A DNA stretch of 29,196 bases from Octopus sinensis (GCF_006345805.1 NW_021833144.1:1-29196); one strand, 5' to 3'. Numbered from the stretch's first letter, positions 11,131-22,054 are shown. Notes: a model not told the origin generated them from the sequence alone. Made by a program: numbers and translations.

Positions 11131-11247
11131 TGTAAGTTCATACTTGTCGCTACTTTACTACTACTACTACAGTTAATACTACTACAACTACAGTTAATAC
11201 TACTGCTTCTACTACTGCTTCTACTACTGCTACTACAACTACTACAT
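11025..11247. repeat. (CT)n(TA)n(CTA)n compound microsatellite
   Basis: Direct inspection. Confidence 0.9.
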
Positions 11248-12729
11248 TGACTGCCTATAGATCCTCTCTTGAATACAGATCCTGCTTCTTTACTTCTCAT
11301 ACTGAAAAACATTCGAATATAGTGCTAACCACGACAGAACGAACTTGGGACCAGTCCAGCAGAGCGATCAGTCCAGCTGGACGACCTCTAGTATGGCCGC
11401 TGGAGAATATACAGGCGGAGAGTGGACACTGGAGGAAATCGAACATCTTAGGTGAGATATATCAAATCATCCTCGATAATCCATTCTCCATCGGAAATGA
11501 CTGGTATGTTTGGTCATAAGTCGAAGAGTCACAGTACAAAGGTAACATTGCACCTGTAGCCCATCTGAATTCCTTGTTACAATGGAGATATCCTTGTTAG
11601 GACTGGCCTGTGGCTGTACAATAACAATTATAATTGAAATAACTATAAAACGTCAAAAGACGATAAGTAGTTAGCCAAAGAATCGCGCTGATGATCCGGT
11701 CCTCAGTTGGAGTTGAAATTAATTTACTTGCATCATTCGAAACCACGGTGAAAGGCATGAACGTCACAAACGCCCATCAATCCTCTTTTATATAAATAAT
11801 AATAATAATAATAATAGTAATGATAATAATAATAAATATTAATAATGACGATGAGACGACCATTGCAACTAAAGAACTGTTTGATGATTGTATGAATCAG
11901 AGTGACAGACATAGTACGCTGGCTGAAAGCTAAAAGCCAATTGCGGTGAGAGAATTCTTTGAAATAAAACTTTCTTTTGTAATGCTTTCGCAATCTTGTG
12001 AAATTGCAAACCTCCCAAAGCTGGTTTCGCATGTTGTCTTTCTGGGATTGCTTGGAAAAAAAAAAAAGGGAATCAAGATCAGTAAGAAATGGTAACGACT
12101 ATCATAGAATGAATATTCAAGACAAAAAGCAGAAGAATTAACGAAAAGTTAGTACCTGCGGGAACGGAAGCATATGTATGTATCTATATACTTTAGATCA
12201 CTCAATGAATACTTTATTCAAAAGAAATTCCTTGTGTGAACTCACCGAACGAAGAACGAATCTTCATACTGTGACACAAACTTATACATTTATACACAGA
12301 GATATACAGACGCATATATGCACATATATGTATGTAAATATAGGGGAAAAAACCGACCCAACACGTTCTGTATACACATATATGTATATGCATGCCAATA
12401 TACATTTCCTGACGTATATACGCGTACATCTTTGGAGATTAAATCCCTAATTCCGGTCAGCTGGAAAGTCTTCGCATTGTTTTTCTTTACAAGGTTTTTT
12501 TTTTTAAATCTTAATTTACTCCCAATCCCACTCCGAAATTCCATCAATTTACATAGGCTCACCTTCTACCATCACTATCCTTCTCACTTATATCCCTCTT
12601 TCCCCCTCTCTCACTCTCACCATCAAACACAACTGTTGCTACCACTAATATTACTGCTGCTGCTGCTACTACTGCTACTACTACTATTACACACATGAGA
12701 AATTACGATAAACACTAATCTATATTATT

Positions 12730-12821
12730 AGTTCCTACGTACGTTTCGCTTTTATTGTTGATTATATCCCTGCATTAGAAGTTCCAAGTGCATTTGTATG
12801 CCAATGAATCACCAGGAAACT
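12730..12821 (-). ncRNA. Decayed type-I hammerhead-like motif
   Basis: Minus strand reads AGTTTC-CTGGTGA-TTCATTG...CAATAAAAGC-GAAAC-GTAC-GTA-GGAACT: 6-bp stem I, palindromic stem III ACGTACGT and a GUA site, with A6 changed to G. Confidence 0.55.
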
Positions 12822-13134
12822 TTTTATTACATCAGCTCTTTGTAACTTGACTCATAGTACTTTCTGATGATCTGTTCTGGTTAATCATCTAAATACATTT
12901 GTTATATCCAGTACAGCGTTAGAAGCAACCATAATGGTAAAACGTACGAAGGACCTAGCAGTACAAACTTGTGTTTCTCGCACTCTCTCGCATATTGGCT
13001 CAACATTTCATAAATGGTAATACTATAGTAGTCACTTAAACACTGTATAGGAAGTAGACTGGACGATGATAACCTACGCCGAACTCTCAACATGGCAGTA
13101 GCGGTCGTAAGTTTATTTGCACACACAACACATA

Positions 13135-13480
13135 AAAAACAGTATATATATTGTATGTATGTGCATATATATACATATGCATATATATAGAGAGATATAG
13201 ATATAGATACATATAAAGATATATATATATATATACCTATATACATATATATGTGTATACATACATATATATGTATATACATACATATATATTATATATA
13301 TATACATATATATATACATATATATACATACATATATATATATACATATGTATATACATATATATATTACATATGCATATATACATATATATTACATATA
13401 TATATATATATATATATATATTATGCATATTTATACACACACACACGTATATATATATGTATATATATATATATATATAT
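13135..13480. repeat. (TA)/(TACA) microsatellite
   Basis: Direct inspection. Confidence 0.95.
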
Positions 13481-13484
13481 TAGA

Positions 13485-13622
13485 AGAAATGAGGTACTCA
13501 GAAATCTGGACATTTATTAGTATGTTACATGTTTTTATAAATCATGATTTATAAAAAAATGTAACATACCAATAAATATCTGTAAATATAAAACCATCCA
13601 GATTTCTGAGCTCCGCATTTCT
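13485..13622. repeat. Long imperfect palindrome (fold-back), about 60-bp arms
   Basis: Centre AATCA|TGATT at 13544/13545. The arms match apart from about 6 substitutions and an 18-nt bulge (13579-13596). Confidence 0.88.
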
Positions 13623-13661
13623 AATATATAATACCTGTACATCATCTCCAAACCTTCTAAG

Positions 13662-13692
<31 letters not shown>

Positions 13693-14081
13693 TATACACA
13701 CATATATATACATATGTCTACAAGTGTGTTAGCGTTTGCGTAAGAAAAGTGAAAGTAAAACTGAACAACATATTGAAGAACAGTAGTGAAAGAGGGGCAC
13801 AAAGAGAGAATGTGTTTGTGCATGTCTGTGTGAGTGTATATTTGCATTTTGTGTGTGTGTGTGTGTGTGTATTATTTTCAATGAATGTTTATAGCGTTAT
13901 TTCTACATGCATTCATTTATATATAGTTCAGAACAGATTCACACACAATTACAGTACACACACACACACACACGCACACACACACACTCATATACATACG
14001 TATCTCCTCACATAAAACTCTTTGATTTTGTATTATATATGCACGTTAGGTAAACCTTTTAGAGTATATTACATATATGCT

Positions 14082-14138
<57 letters not shown>

Positions 14139-14239
14139 AGTGTATGTTTTGTTATTGTATTTGTCGAAGCACATGTTCAATTTCTGTATGCATATATCAT
14201 TTATACACGCAGTCATACTGAAAATTGGTAGGCATCCAT

Positions 14240-14273
<34 letters not shown>

Positions 14274-14278
14274 GCACA

Positions 14279-14309
<31 letters not shown>

Positions 14310-14454
14310 CACCACACACACACACACACACATACACACACACGTCTGTTCTAGAAAAAAAAAAGGACTGAAAATCACGTTACCAAAAGAAATGGAATGA
14401 ATAAACAGTATATAAATAAATTCAGAAAAAAAAAATTGAAATAAAAGTTTATTT

Positions 14455-14490
14455 CTGGAGGAAGAGTTGAAATATTCTCCGAAACGTCAG
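14455..14490 (+). ncRNA. Decayed minimal hammerhead-like motif (Penelope-type terminus)
   Basis: CTGGAGGA-A-GAG-TTGAAATATT-CTC-C-GAAAC-GTC-AG; there is an extra G in the core and stem I is weak. Confidence 0.4.
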
Positions 14491-14511
14491 TCATTAACAA
14501 ATGGAAGAAAA

Positions 14512-14628
14512 AAGTCGGTTTTGTGGGGAGAAAGTGAAATAAACCTAAAAAAGTCGGTTTTGTGGGGAGAAAGTGAAATAAACCTAAAGAAGTCGGTTTT
14601 GTGGGGAGAAAGTGAAGTAAATCTAAAA
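14512..14628. repeat. 39-bp minisatellite, 3 copies
   Basis: Unit AAGTCGGTTTTGTGGGGAGAAAGTGAAATAAACCTAAAA at 14512, 14551 and 14590; no spacers. Confidence 0.95.
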
Positions 14629-15030
14629 AAGATGTAGTCGCAATCAGAGTTATTGAACTGCATCGAACTGGAAAGTAAAATAACTGAGATGAATATCAGT
14701 ATGGATTGGAAAACGTATTACCAAACGTGTGTATGTATATGTATACGCGTGTGTGTGTGTGGGAGTGTTGAAATGGGGAAAAAAAAGAAATAAAACCAGT
14801 GACCAAACAAACAAGGAACTTAAAGAGAGAAGATCCATCTTTGGATGCGAACCACAAATGGAATATAATAAAAAAAATAATAAAGAATGAGTAAAAAAAA
14901 CAAGAAAGAAAAATAAAATAAAATCAATTAATTACTCAATGGATTGTTTATTCTTATTTTCTTATTAGACGTATATGCATGTAAATATGTATGTATATAT
15001 ATATGTGGTTGTGTGTGTGTGCGTGTGTGT

Positions 15031-15318
15031 GGAGGCGCAATGGCCCAGTGGTTAGGGCAGCGGACTCGCGGTCGTAGGATCGCGGTTTCGATTCCCAGAC
15101 CGGGCGTTGTGAGTGTTTATTGAGCGAAAACACCTAAATCTTCACGAGGCTCCGGCAGGGTGGTGGTGACGATCCCTGCTGTACTCTTTCACCACAACTT
15201 TCTCTCACTCTTTCTCCGGTTGGCGCGGTGGCGTCATTTGAAGGCTAAAACAATGCGAAGCGCATTGTGACCAGCGATGTGTAGCAACATCTGATAGCCT
15301 GGTCGGTCACGTGATCAC
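15031..15318 (+). mobile_element. tRNA-derived SINE, family A, tail variant 1
   Basis: A box TGGCCCAGTGG and B box GGTTTCGATTCC; body shared with the copies at 19099 and 28439; tail ends GGTCGGTCACGTGATCAC. Confidence 0.92.
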
Positions 15319-15999
15319 ATATACACATATATATATACACATATGTACATGCGAGTGAAGAATCTTTGTAAGGAGATCAAAAAAGGTTTAATAAAATAAG
15401 GTAAATTAAAATAACATGGCTTCATTTATTTCCATTTGTATAAAACTTCTTCATTTTGGTCTTAGCAGATTTTAGCCACCATACAATGTTCACCCACACC
15501 GAATGTATAGGTAAAATTGTTCAGTTCTACAATATTTTATTTTCAGCTACATTTTAACAATTCCGTGAATTTCTTCAATTCACACACGTCTTCATATACG
15601 AACTAGAAAACCAATGGAGTATTATATAACAGCGATTTCATTATTTTTTTTATTGCAACAACGATGAATGTTCAATCATGCATTTTTTAGTATTGTGCTC
15701 AAATATGTGCCAGTTGTGATGGTTTGTCGAAGTTTGAAGGAAGAGGTCTATGTTGAAAGTCGTTCTCCTCCTCTTAAAATAGCAAGTTTTCATCAATTCA
15801 TATCATTCTGTCTTAGAGAAGAACACTTTGAATAGGTTAATCCTGCGTTCTCATTTCATTGGATAAATAGAGAATGGCCATGGTTGAAATATGCTTCTCC
15901 TAATAGTATTTTCCGAACTGGCCCATACTCATAAATAGAATGATTTTTCTTTAATATGTAGCTACAAGATATGTATTATATATATATATATATAATTAT

Positions 16000-16167
16000 T
16001 TGAGGGAATATTAATCTTAACTTACAGGGAAAAATTCAATTTAGAAATACTAAATCAAATTTTACAGAATATAATATAATATATATATATATATAAAAAT
16101 TAGAAAAAAAAACACCTTTTATCAATTCAAAATGAACAAATTAAATTACACTATCTAGAAAATTACA
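16000..16167. mobile_element. Second copy of the AT-rich dispersed repeat at 7354 (no inverted arm)
   Basis: TGAGGGAATATT...CTTACAGGGAAAAATTCAATTTAGAAATACTAAATCAAAT...AATTAGAAAAAAAAACACCTTTTATCAATT...AGAAAATTAC. Confidence 0.85.
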
Positions 16168-16273
16168 TATAATAGAAATATTAAAATTAAAATAACAATA
16201 ATATAACGATGATTAAGTAAATTGCAAAACAATAATAAAAACGTATATAATTGGTAGTATATATATGTATATA

Positions 16274-16331
<58 letters not shown>

Positions 16332-16674
16332 ATACTGTTAATAAACGCCTCATGTGTGTTGCGCACCGTTACTAATGGATGTTTGATTTTTATCACTCTC
16401 AGTACATGTCATCATATTACCTCACGGGTGGGACAATTAACAACTCGCTCAGGAGCATTCAGCAGTGAAGGTATGTCTGATCGGGTGACAAATAGACGCA
16501 ACTCATTAAAATAATAGTTCCGCTATATATCTTCTCATTTCGTAGGGAGAAAAGCAGCAAAACGAAGGAAATATCTTCATTTACATAGATCAAAAATAAA
16601 ATCACAGATGCGAAAAAGAAACGAACAAGCAATACAGCGAGAAGTGTATTAAAACTAACCGTTAACAAATATGG

Positions 16675-16717
<43 letters not shown>

Positions 16718-16944
16718 TTTACTCTCCTATAACGCTGCTACAAATTTTTATGTAAAGCTTTTTCTACTGGACCAAATCTCAATCTTTTAATGCCAAAATG
16801 TAGCTAGAGTCCAGTCCTCTTCAAAAATGCTAACAGTTTTCAATTTGGTTTGGAACTTAATGACAAGCTCTGAAAGATGCTGCGTGTGGGTCAATTGCTA
16901 CCTTATGAATATTATTCAACTACTACTGTAGTTGAATTTTATAT

Positions 16945-16958
16945 GTATATATATATAC

Positions 16959-16990
<32 letters not shown>

Positions 16991-17009
16991 ATATATATAA
17001 TATATATAT

Positions 17010-17049
<40 letters not shown>

Positions 17050-17050
17050 A

Positions 17051-17081
<31 letters not shown>
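16945..17081. repeat. (TA)n microsatellite
   Basis: Direct inspection. Confidence 0.95.
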
Positions 17082-17085
<4 letters not shown>

Positions 17086-17185
17086 CAAAAACGGTAAGAT
17101 AACAGAAGAAAGAAAGAGACCTCAATATTATGTAAATAGAGGAAATTTATCTATAAAATAATATGTTACAATTACTCAATAGTCA

Positions 17186-17248
17186 ATATAAAACTCTGAG
17201 CTTCAGATGCCGAAGTGGAAATCCACAACACCATCTCTTCGGTTATAT
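17186..17248 (-). ncRNA. Type-I minimal hammerhead-like motif with variant core
   Basis: Minus strand reads ATATAA-CCGAAGA-GATG(loop containing GTGG/CCAC hairpin)CATC-T-GAAG-CTCAGA-GTT-TTATAT: perfect 6-bp stem I and near-palindromic stem III, with U4C and A15.1G changes. Confidence 0.55.
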
Positions 17249-17454
17249 ATATATGTACATACACACATATATATGTATACATATGTGTGTACGCGTGTAC
17301 GTGTGCATGTGCATGTGTGTGTAGCATAAAATCACACACATATTTAAGCATGAATTGTTCAACATTTCCAAACAAAATCACCGTCTTTGTTTTGACTCGT
17401 TTATTGAAGGGAATCTGCCCTAACGAGCATAGTGTTAAAATGTTAGAAAAATAT

Positions 17455-17678
17455 AAGGCAGTCAGCTGGCAGAATCGTTAGCAAGCCAGAAAGAAAAGTA
17501 ATCTAACAGCATTACTTCCGGCTTAACGCTCTTTGTCCAAATTTTCCCCAAATTAACTTTCACCTTTTTATCTTTTAAGCAACAATAAAATATTTAACTG
17601 TCAAACGCTGAGATTGATGTAATCGACTGGCCCTTCTTCCAAAATTTCGGGTCTTGTGCGTATAGCAGAAAGAATTAT
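17455..17678 (+). mobile_element. Old full-length SINE family C copy
   Basis: Head AAGGCAGTCAGCTGGCAGAATCGTTAGC; tail GATGTAATCGAC...AAAATTTCGGGTCTTGTGCGTATAGCAGAAAGAATTAT. Confidence 0.75.
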
Positions 17679-18117
17679 AAAGAAGACACAACTAAAAATA
17701 GAAAACATTGTGGACTTAAATGGATACCTCATTTTTTCTTTAATTCTTTTCTGTTTTTGTCTACGGCTTTCACCCTTTCATTCTTTCATTTTTTGTTACT
17801 TGACTGTTTTTTTTTATTTATATATATTTGTTTTGTGGGGAGCTTTCTATTTCCTATTTCTTATTGTCACCTTTCCTAATAATTCTATAAAATAATCTCA
17901 CTCACCTAGTAATGTTATCATCCCCTATGGAGACCGCAGTAGAGACACGCTAGTGTTTTGTAAGGAAATGTTGAATACACACATATATACACATATATAT
18001 ATATGTACATACATACATGCACACGTTTATATATATATAGTAAACAGAAAATGGAGAAATATTGATCAACAACATTTGACTTCATCAATTATTCTTTTCA
18101 TTCGATGCAAATAGACT

Positions 18118-18536
18118 CTCTTTACTCTTTACTCTTTTTACTCTTTTACTTGTTTCAGTCATTTAACTGCGGCAATGCTGGAGCACCGCCTTTAGTCGAG
18201 CAAATCGACCCCGGGACTTATTCTTTGTAAGCCCAGTACTTATTCTATCGGTCTCTGTTGCCGAACCGCTAGGTGACGGGGACGTAAACACACCAGCATC
18301 GGTTGTCAAGCAATGCTGGGGGACAAACACAGACACACAAACACATACACACACATATATATATATACATATACGATGGGCTTCATTCAGTTTCCGTCTA
18401 CCAAATCCACTCACAAGGCATTGGTCGGCCCGGGGCTATAGCAGAAGACACTTGCCCAAGATGCCACGCAGTGGGACTGAACCCGCAACCATGTGGCTGG
18501 TTAGCAAGCTACTTACCACACAGCCACTCCTGCGCC
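18118..18536 (-). mobile_element. tRNA-derived CORE-like SINE, family B, full length
   Basis: Reverse complement of 21656-22054. Head GGCGCAGGAGTGGCTGTGTGG, MIR/CORE-like CTTGGGCAAGTGTCTT, internal (TA)(TG) tract and (GTAAAAGA)-type tail. Confidence 0.92.
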
Positions 18537-18639
18537 TGTATCCCATCTAACAGCTGTTTCTGCTTCCAATGTTATATTGCGTTGCCATTGATATTCTAAA
18601 AAATAACATTCATCATATTTGGTAATAAAACCGATCTGG

Positions 18640-18880
18640 AACAGGGAGCTTCATCAGAAACAAGAATATTATTGACAGTGACTTCGAAGTTTCAGCCATC
18701 ATCAGAATGCGATATACTGGAGTTAATCTTGGCTGTATATAGTCTCCGTTGCGTTAAAATCTGAATTGGATTTGTAGGTTTGAGTGGAATGGTAATTAGG
18801 TTGTATGGTGTATTGTTATAGAAAGGTGTTTTGAAGAAATTTTTATTCTTTAAATTTGGGTTTATGCTATAATTTAAATT
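18640..18880 (-). mobile_element. Probable Penelope-like element 3' end with hammerhead motif
   Basis: The minus strand has a HKPKFKE*-like ORF end (similar to the GIY-YIG terminal PxLN motif; weak evidence). About 150 nt downstream lies CTGATGA-TGGCT-GAAAC-TTCGAA-GTC (18675-18710), then a second CTGATGA at 18651-18657. Confidence 0.55.
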
Positions 18881-19098
18881 TATTTATATATATATATATG
18901 TATGGATATATCGAGTCAGAGATGACCACAGCTATTTAAGTAATCATTTATAGAAAATATAATATTTTATGATTGAGAAAGCTGGAGAACTATAGTAATT
19001 CTTTAATTAGTTTTGTTTTTCGACCATTGCGTACTAAATAATTGAATTACGAAACCAAACTCTGAAAATGTCTTGTGAATAAATACATTGGTCAAAAT

Positions 19099-19482
19099 GG
19101 AAGCACTCCGTCGGTTACGACGATGAGGGTTCCGGTTGATCCGAATCAACGGAACAGCCTGCTCGTGAAATTAACGTGCAAGTGGCTGAGCACTCCACAG
19201 ACACGTGTACCCTTAACGTAGTTCTCGGGGAGATTCAGCGTGACACGGAGAGTGACAAGGCTGGACCTTTGAAATACAGGTACAACAGAAACAGGAAGAA
19301 AGAGTGAGAGAAAGTTGTGGTGAAAGAGTACAGCAGGGATCACCACCATCCCCTGCCGGAGCCTCGTGGAGCTTTAGGTGTTTTCGCTCAATAAACACTC
19401 ACAACGCCCCGTCTGGGAATCGAAACCGCGATCCTATGACCGCGAGTCCGCTGCCCTCACCACTGGGCCATTGCGTCTCCAC
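19099..19482 (-). mobile_element. SINE family A, tail variant 2, with 14-bp target-site duplication
   Basis: TSD ACATTGGTCAAAAT at 19085-19098 and 19483-19496; head and body nearly identical to 15031-15212. Confidence 0.95.
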
Positions 19483-19845
19483 ACATTGGTCAAAATACGG
19501 TTAAGACAATAATTGAATTCTCATACAATTTCAACATGATAAATAAATTTGTTTCAGTTAATAGTATAAGTCTTTTTGCGTGGGTAACAACGCTAAATAT
19601 TTGGTGTAGAGTTCGATACTAGTGTGTAGCATTTTGGATCAAATGATGCCTTGAGAGTGAAATTATCTGAGGATTATTTGTCCATTCACAAGTTAATATG
19701 TAATTAAATATAAGCAGGTAAATCTTTTGTCCTATCAAATAAATCCGTGATTTCCAACATTTCCACAGTGGGTCCCAACCCTTTCATTTAAATGAGTTTC
19801 CCCACGGACACCCTTTTTAATATGCTTATCCTTATGTTTATATAT

Positions 19846-19985
19846 CAGGAGAGGTTGTATGGTAAGAAGCTTGCTTCCCAACCACATGGTTCCGGCTTCA
19901 GTCCCACTGCATGGCACCTTGGGCAAGTGTCTTCTACTATAGCCTTGGGCCGCCCAAAGACGTGTGAGTGGATTTGGTAGATGGA
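19846..19985 (+). mobile_element. SINE family B, 5' half
   Basis: GGTAAGAAGCTTGCTTCCCAACCACATGGTTCCGGCTTCAGTCCCACTGCATGGCACCTTGGGCAAGTGTCTT...GGATTTGGTAGA. Confidence 0.88.
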
Positions 19986-20098
19986 CGTACTCGTACATAC
20001 ATATATATATAGATATATGAATGTGTGTATGTGTGTGAGTGTGTTGTGTGTGAGAGAGAGAGAGAGGGAGAGTGTGTGTGGTGTGTGTGTGTGTGTGT

Positions 20099-21115
20099 AC
20101 GCTTGTCATTAATCTTGTTCGTTTTTTTCCCGTATATTTTAATCCTTATTTTCCAATAATTTTAACAAATCAAATCAATCAGTGTTAACAACTCAGGCAA
20201 CAATACATATTCCCCTTCATTATTTACGAATTCTTGCCTACGTTCCAGAGGCTTATCAAACCAGTGACGGTAGAAATCACCAAATTTTAGCTCGAAGAAT
20301 TCATTGATCCACGTTTTCAACTCCATTTGGTTCTTGAAAGAAATGCTTTGCAGACTATTGGAGATCTACTGAAAAGGTTATAATTTGAAGGCGTTATACG
20401 AAGAGTCATAACATTCGGGTCGTTTCAGCTAGATTGCCTTCAGTGAATGCATCTCTGATATAACTCAAGATACTGCTTATTTGTCAGAACTTAGACACTC
20501 TCGTGAGCTTCCTGTTGGCGTAAAGAAACCAGTTTTCGCTGCGGGTGACGATGCGATAAAAAAATATCTGTTATGTTCACGAGTAGCTTGATATCGAGCG
20601 GGCAAACTGGTGGCGACAGAGGAGCACTAAAGTTTGACTGAGTGCTCTGAGATTTAGCACTGAGATTTAGGTATCGAGTGAGAGTATCCCATCTTAGGTA
20701 TCATGAGAGTATTCCATCTGCTGGGTCAATTCCTTCGGAGATTAGCGCGGAAATTCCTCAATGACCCTGTTCAATCACTACTCATTTAACTGAACATTTC
20801 TGCTGAAAAGCGTGAAAGTCATTTCTGCGTAGTTTTTTTCAGGAATAGCGCTTTCTATGTACACAGCAGGACAGTCCCGAACGGTTTTGGCACCTTTGGA
20901 AACTGGATTGAAAATGAAAGGAAGCACGTTGAGAAAATTCTCTCTGTTTCCTCGTAGGTCTGGAAAAGCTTAAGAATTATTGAAATTTCTAAACAAAATA
21001 AAGGTAAGCACATGAAAAAAAAACAAAGAAAAACATAAAACGTTACGATGAAATTATTTTTCGAGTTAATTCAAATAAGATTGGAAAGAAGCGAACGAAT
21101 TTATCTGACAACCCA
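20099..21115 (-). mobile_element. Decayed, internally deleted mariner DNA transposon
   Basis: Degenerate TIRs at about 20101-20130 and 21083-21115. Minus-strand fragments read NVLPFIFNPVSKGAKTVRDCPAVY (HTH region) and APSNYNLF...SFKNQMELKTWINEFFELKFGDFYRH...EFVNNEGEYVL (mariner C-terminus); a decayed RIVT..K.W-like segment lies between them. Many frameshifts. Confidence 0.85.
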
Positions 21116-21655
21116 GGCTTCCAAGTTTGTGTACATATTAAATATTTTTGTAAGTATATAATTTTCATGCGCATGCGCATATATTTGAGAGAGCTATAAA
21201 GACACAATGAGAATAGACTGTGTCCCGTATGTTGGTCAGATTTTTATTGACAGTCTTCCACGCAGTTTCCGTTTACCCAATTTTGCTCTCAGAATATGAA
21301 TCGACACCAGCCCAAGACACCTTGCAGCTGAATCGAAACCGGGATCACATGATTGCGAAGAACCTCTTTGCCGTTCGACCATGCTGCACCAACTTCTGTT
21401 ATTTTCGTTTTATAATAAATTTTTCTTTCGTATTTTTTTCCTTTTTTTTTTTTTGGTTTGTTTTGTCTTGGTTACTGCAACAGCTACATCAATATCAACC
21501 ACATGAAGACCAACAACAACAACAACAACAACAACTGCAACACAAAATGAAAATTTCCTGCCGCAAATGTCTTATTGATATTGTTGTGTTGACAACGATG
21601 TTTCGTGTGGATATAATGGATATTTGCTGCGGAATGTTGTTACTAATAAATAACA

Positions 21656-22054
21656 GGCGCAGGAGTGGCTGTGTGGCAAGTAGCTTGCTAACCAACCACA
21701 TGGTTCCGAGTTCAAACCCACTGCGTGGCATCTTGGGCAAGTGTCTTCTGCTATAGCCCCGGGCCGACCAATGCCTTGTGAGTGGATTTGGTAGACGGAA
21801 ACTGAAAGAAGCCTGTCGTATATATGTATATTTATGTATGTGTGTGTGTCTGTGTTTGTTCCCCTAGCATTGCTTGACAACCGATGCTCGTGTGTTTACG
21901 TCCCCGTCACTTAGCGGTTCGGCAAAAGAGACCGATAGAATAAGTACTGGGCTTACAAAGAATAAGTCCCGGGGTCGATTTGCTCGACTAAAGGCGGTGC
22001 TCCAGCATGGCCGCAGTCAAATGACTGAAACAAGTAAAAGAAAGAAAGAAAGAA
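21656..22054 (+). mobile_element. tRNA-derived CORE-like SINE, family B, full length
   Basis: About 95% identical by eye (outside the microsatellite) to the reverse complement of 18118-18536; ends CCGCAGTCAAATGACTGAAACAAGTAAAAG(AAAG)n. Confidence 0.93.

Noticed and set aside
11689-11730. CTGATGA...GAAA hammerhead-like spacing
   Set aside because: Stem I does not pair, and the segment instead folds CTGATGA against TCCTCAG.
14512-14628. CRISPR-like 39-bp repeats
   Set aside because: The units are contiguous with no spacers, there are no cas genes, and the context is eukaryotic.
15031-15105. tRNA gene (also the heads at about 19410-19482, 28441-28515 and 21656-21725)
   Set aside because: A and B boxes are present, but there is no proper cloverleaf acceptor stem or T-run terminator, and each continues into a SINE body.
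20420-20445. Minus-strand CTGAAGG...GAAAC motif
   Set aside because: It lies within decayed mariner coding sequence and the stems do not pair.
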